Origin: Acholeplasmataceae bacterium
GTDB taxonomy: Bacteria; Bacillota_I; Bacilli_A; Acholeplasmatales; Acholeplasmataceae
Length of the DNA: 64,000 nt
Assembly: GCA_963667565.1 (NCBI GenBank)
Contig: OY763415.1
Span: 192,001 to 256,000, forward strand
Direction: 5' to 3'
Below, piece by piece: positions 61,740 to 64,000 of the stretch. The translations under genes were made by a program, and so were the position numbers. The notes under the pieces were generated by a model that worked only from the letters and a program-made list of their open reading frames with translations, was not told the origin of the DNA and searched no databases. Each line of letters starts with the position of its first letter. Positions within the stretch are counted from its first letter, which is position 1.

Positions 61740-62072
61740 ATGATGTATATCATTAGTAGAATGATTAAAATAGAGAAAGATTACACACAAAAATTAATTG
61801 ATAAATTTGATAAAGTATCACCAGTGTTTCAATTTAAAGGATTTGTCAAAAGAGAAATATCAGTTGATCATACGCAGAAACAATTTGATTTAGTTAATAT
61901 AAGTACTTACTTTGAAAATAAAGAGGCTTATTTACAATGGGAAAGTAGCCCTGAACATATAGCAATGCATAAAGATAAGAATCATTTTCACCATCAAAAA
62001 CCTGAAGGTGTCATCGGCATTAATGCTCATTTTTATGAATTAAAATTATTGCAACCATATCAGAAGAATTGA
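61740..62072 (+). CDS. Antibiotic biosynthesis monooxygenase (ABM) domain protein, IsdG/HmoA-like
   Basis: KGFV...WESSPEHIAMH; RBS gggagg. Confidence 0.75.
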   Translation: MMYIISRMIKIEKDYTQKLIDKFDKVSPVFQFKGFVKREISVDHTQKQFDLVNISTYFENKEAYLQWESSPEHIAMHKDKNHFHHQKPEGVIGINAHFYELKLLQPYQKN

Positions 62073-62196
62073 TCAATTTGTCATTGCATACTATAAAGTA
62101 TGAAAAAACTGAATAATATTCTATGTTTACATTTGAATTTTATTGACAAAAAAGGTTTAATTTGGTATCATTAATTGAAATTTTAGGAGGCATTAT

Positions 62197-62421
62197 ATGT
62201 TGTGGATTGATTATTTAATTATTGTGTTTTCAATAGTTATGGTGGTACTTGTAATGTTACAAAGTTCAAATGATGATATGGCTAGTGCATTTAGTGGTGA
62301 AAAATCAGAACTATTCAAAAATAAAAAAGAACGCGGATTTGATTTATTTCTAACTAGAGCATCGATCGTTGTAGCAGTATTATTAATTGCTTCAGTCGTT
62401 TTATCAAACAACTTACATTAA
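62197..62421 (+). CDS. secG: Preprotein translocase subunit SecG
   Basis: LVMLQ...AFSG..SELF...KERG.DLFL.R; RBS aggagg. Confidence 0.92.
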   Translation: MLWIDYLIIVFSIVMVVLVMLQSSNDDMASAFSGEKSELFKNKKERGFDLFLTRASIVVAVLLIASVVLSNNLH

Positions 62422-62469
62422 TCAAAAAAGTGTTTCTAAGAAGCACTTTTTTTATCGTTAGGTGAAGAC

Positions 62470-63171
62470 ATGAGTCAAAGATATTTTGTTGAGAAACTAA
62501 ATGGTGTCATTGATCATCAAGATGCTCATCATATAATCAAAGTCATGAGAATGAAAGATCAAGATGAAATTATTGTTTGTGCTAAACAAGCATGTATTTT
62601 AGCATCTATTGAAATACATGATAAACAAGTCTTTTATAAAGAGATTAAAAAACTTGAGTATAAATCACATTTTGATGTGACAATCATTCAAGGATTACCT
62701 AAAAAAAATAAAATGGAATTTGTCAGTAAGTATGCTACTGTATATGGTGCTGCTTCACTTTATTTTTGTGGTATGGATAGAAGTATTGTTAAACTAGAAA
62801 ATGATGGATTTAAAAAAGAAAGATTAACAGCGATTGCCAAAGAAGCTGCTGAACTTGCTCACAGGTCATTTGTACCAGAAGTTTTGATGTTTCAAAGTTT
62901 AAAACACATTGATCTTAAGCAATTTGATGTTGTTATTGTTGCTGATGAAGATGAACATAGGGTAGAAATAAATACATTATTACCTTTAGATATTGAAAAA
63001 AAATACGCAGTTATTATTGGACCAGAAGGTGGTATAAGTGAACAAGAAAGAAAGTATTTCAAATCTATAAATGCACACTTTATAACACTTGGACACTACA
63101 TTTTACCAACAGAATCAGCATCTCTATCTGTATTAAGTTTTTTCATGCATCAAAATCACAAATTATTTTGA
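62470..63171 (+). CDS. rsmE: 16S rRNA m3U1498 methyltransferase
   Basis: HHIIKVMR, EAAE, IGPEGG, LG..IL.TESA. Confidence 0.9.
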   Translation: MSQRYFVEKLNGVIDHQDAHHIIKVMRMKDQDEIIVCAKQACILASIEIHDKQVFYKEIKKLEYKSHFDVTIIQGLPKKNKMEFVSKYATVYGAASLYFCGMDRSIVKLENDGFKKERLTAIAKEAAELAHRSFVPEVLMFQSLKHIDLKQFDVVIVADEDEHRVEINTLLPLDIEKKYAVIIGPEGGISEQERKYFKSINAHFITLGHYILPTESASLSVLSFFMHQNHKLF

Positions 63172-63237
63172 CAAACGTTTAAAAATCATATATAATAAAT
63201 GCGGCTTGACATACTAAGCGTGGAAGGAGGGCAGTAC

Positions 63238-63411
63238 ATGCCAAAGACAGTAGTTCGCGATAAAGAATCATTAGAAGATGCTTTAAGACGTTTTAAACGT
63301 GATGTTTCTAAAGCTGGAAACCTCCAAGAAGCACGCAAACGTGAGTTTTACGTAAAACCAAGTGTTCAACGTAAAGACGCAGCTCGTGCAGCACGCGCAA
63401 AGAAAAAGTAA
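63238..63411 (+). CDS. rpsU: 30S ribosomal protein S21
   Basis: [12 protein letters not shown]...[13 protein letters not shown] aggagg; promoter TTGACA 63168 / TATAAT 63191; terminator 63418-63446. Confidence 0.96.
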   Translation: MPKTVVRDKESLEDALRRFKRDVSKAGNLQEARKREFYVKPSVQRKDAARAARAKKK

Positions 63412-63531
63412 ACTTCAAGACACACCTCGTTAAGGTGTGTTTTTTTATCATTATCAGTAAAAAAGAGCAGTAAATCTTTAAAATTAATGCGTGTAATGGT
63501 ATAATTAAATACACAATAAGGAGCGTATTTA

Positions 63532-64000
63532 ATGAAATTAAACCAACAAATAAATCATGCTGAATCCATCAGCCGATTAGTCGGTGTTCAAGATAGAAAC
63601 TTATTAGTTTTCAAGCAATATTTGGGAATCAACGTATCGCTTAGAGGTGAGGATATCATCACAGATGCAAAAAAAGATCAAATAGCGCTTTTGGAAACTA
63701 TTTTTGCTGTTTTAATTGAACTTGCAAACTTAAATATTCAACTTTATGAACGTGATGTTATGTATATCATCAAACTTGCTGAAAAAGACGAATTAGACGG
63801 TATTATTGACTTATATAAATCAAGAACAGCAATCTTAGTCAATGATCAAGGAAAAGCTGTTTATCCTAAAACATTTAATCAGCAATATTATATTAAAGCA
63901 ATTGATCATTACGATTTAACTTTTGGCATTGGACCTGCAGGAACAGGAAAGACCTATTTAGCTGTTTCAAGTGCAGTAGCTGCACTTAAAAAAGGTAAGG
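63532..64000 (+). CDS. phoH: PhoH family ATPase (runs off window end)
   Basis: Translated by hand: PKTFNQQYY...TFGIGPAGTGKTYLAV; RBS aaggag. Confidence 0.92.
   Translation, partial: MKLNQQINHAESISRLVGVQDRNLLVFKQYLGINVSLRGEDIITDAKKDQIALLETIFAVLIELANLNIQLYERDVMYIIKLAEKDELDGIIDLYKSRTAILVNDQGKAVYPKTFNQQYYIKAIDHYDLTFGIGPAGTGKTYLAVSSAVAALKKGK

Noticed and set aside
599..63514. Numerous 60-106 aa antisense or alternate-frame ORFs in the ORF track
   Set aside because: They lie inside well-supported genes, lack RBS or motifs, and are expected shadows. The duplicated 67-aa antisense ORF just reflects the 1.17-kb repeat.

Overview
AT-rich bacterial chromosome segment, mostly + strand, standard genetic code (TGA is a stop, e.g. 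uvrB). Gene content and style suggest an Acholeplasmatales-like mollicute; this is inference. The housekeeping backbone is pfkA-ppdK, a Na/Pi cotransporter, uvrB, pepT, an ABC exporter pair with tldD/pmbA, a ZIP-DtxR/MntR-mgtE-mgtE metal cluster, an M32 carboxypeptidase, sdaA, rlmD, cysK-cysE, secG, rsmE, rpsU and partial phoH. Two accessory regions stand out. (1) 16.8-21.5 kb is an array of truncated RHS-core toxin/immunity cassettes ending at the pepT terminator, part of which is duplicated. (2) 41.6-59.4 kb is an apparently single ~17.8 kb operon and the best candidate for an undescribed system. It encodes three membrane-anchored McrB-like AAA+ proteins (one catalytically dead, two sharing a near-identical 1.17 kb NTPase module behind different anchors), an McrC/DUF2357-like protein with a long coiled coil where the nuclease would be, two giant membrane-anchored YDG/MBG-repeat proteins with intact transglutaminase-like domains, two small membrane proteins and a desulfoferrodoxin. 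Also seen: a shared DtxR/MntR-type operator before mntH and the ZIP gene, phased direct repeats before a DUF2089 operon, an unannotated 25-aa ORF, and accessory genes flanked by duplicated terminator sequences. No rRNA, tRNA, CRISPR array, transposase or integrase was recognised. All family calls come from motif recognition by eye, not database searches.
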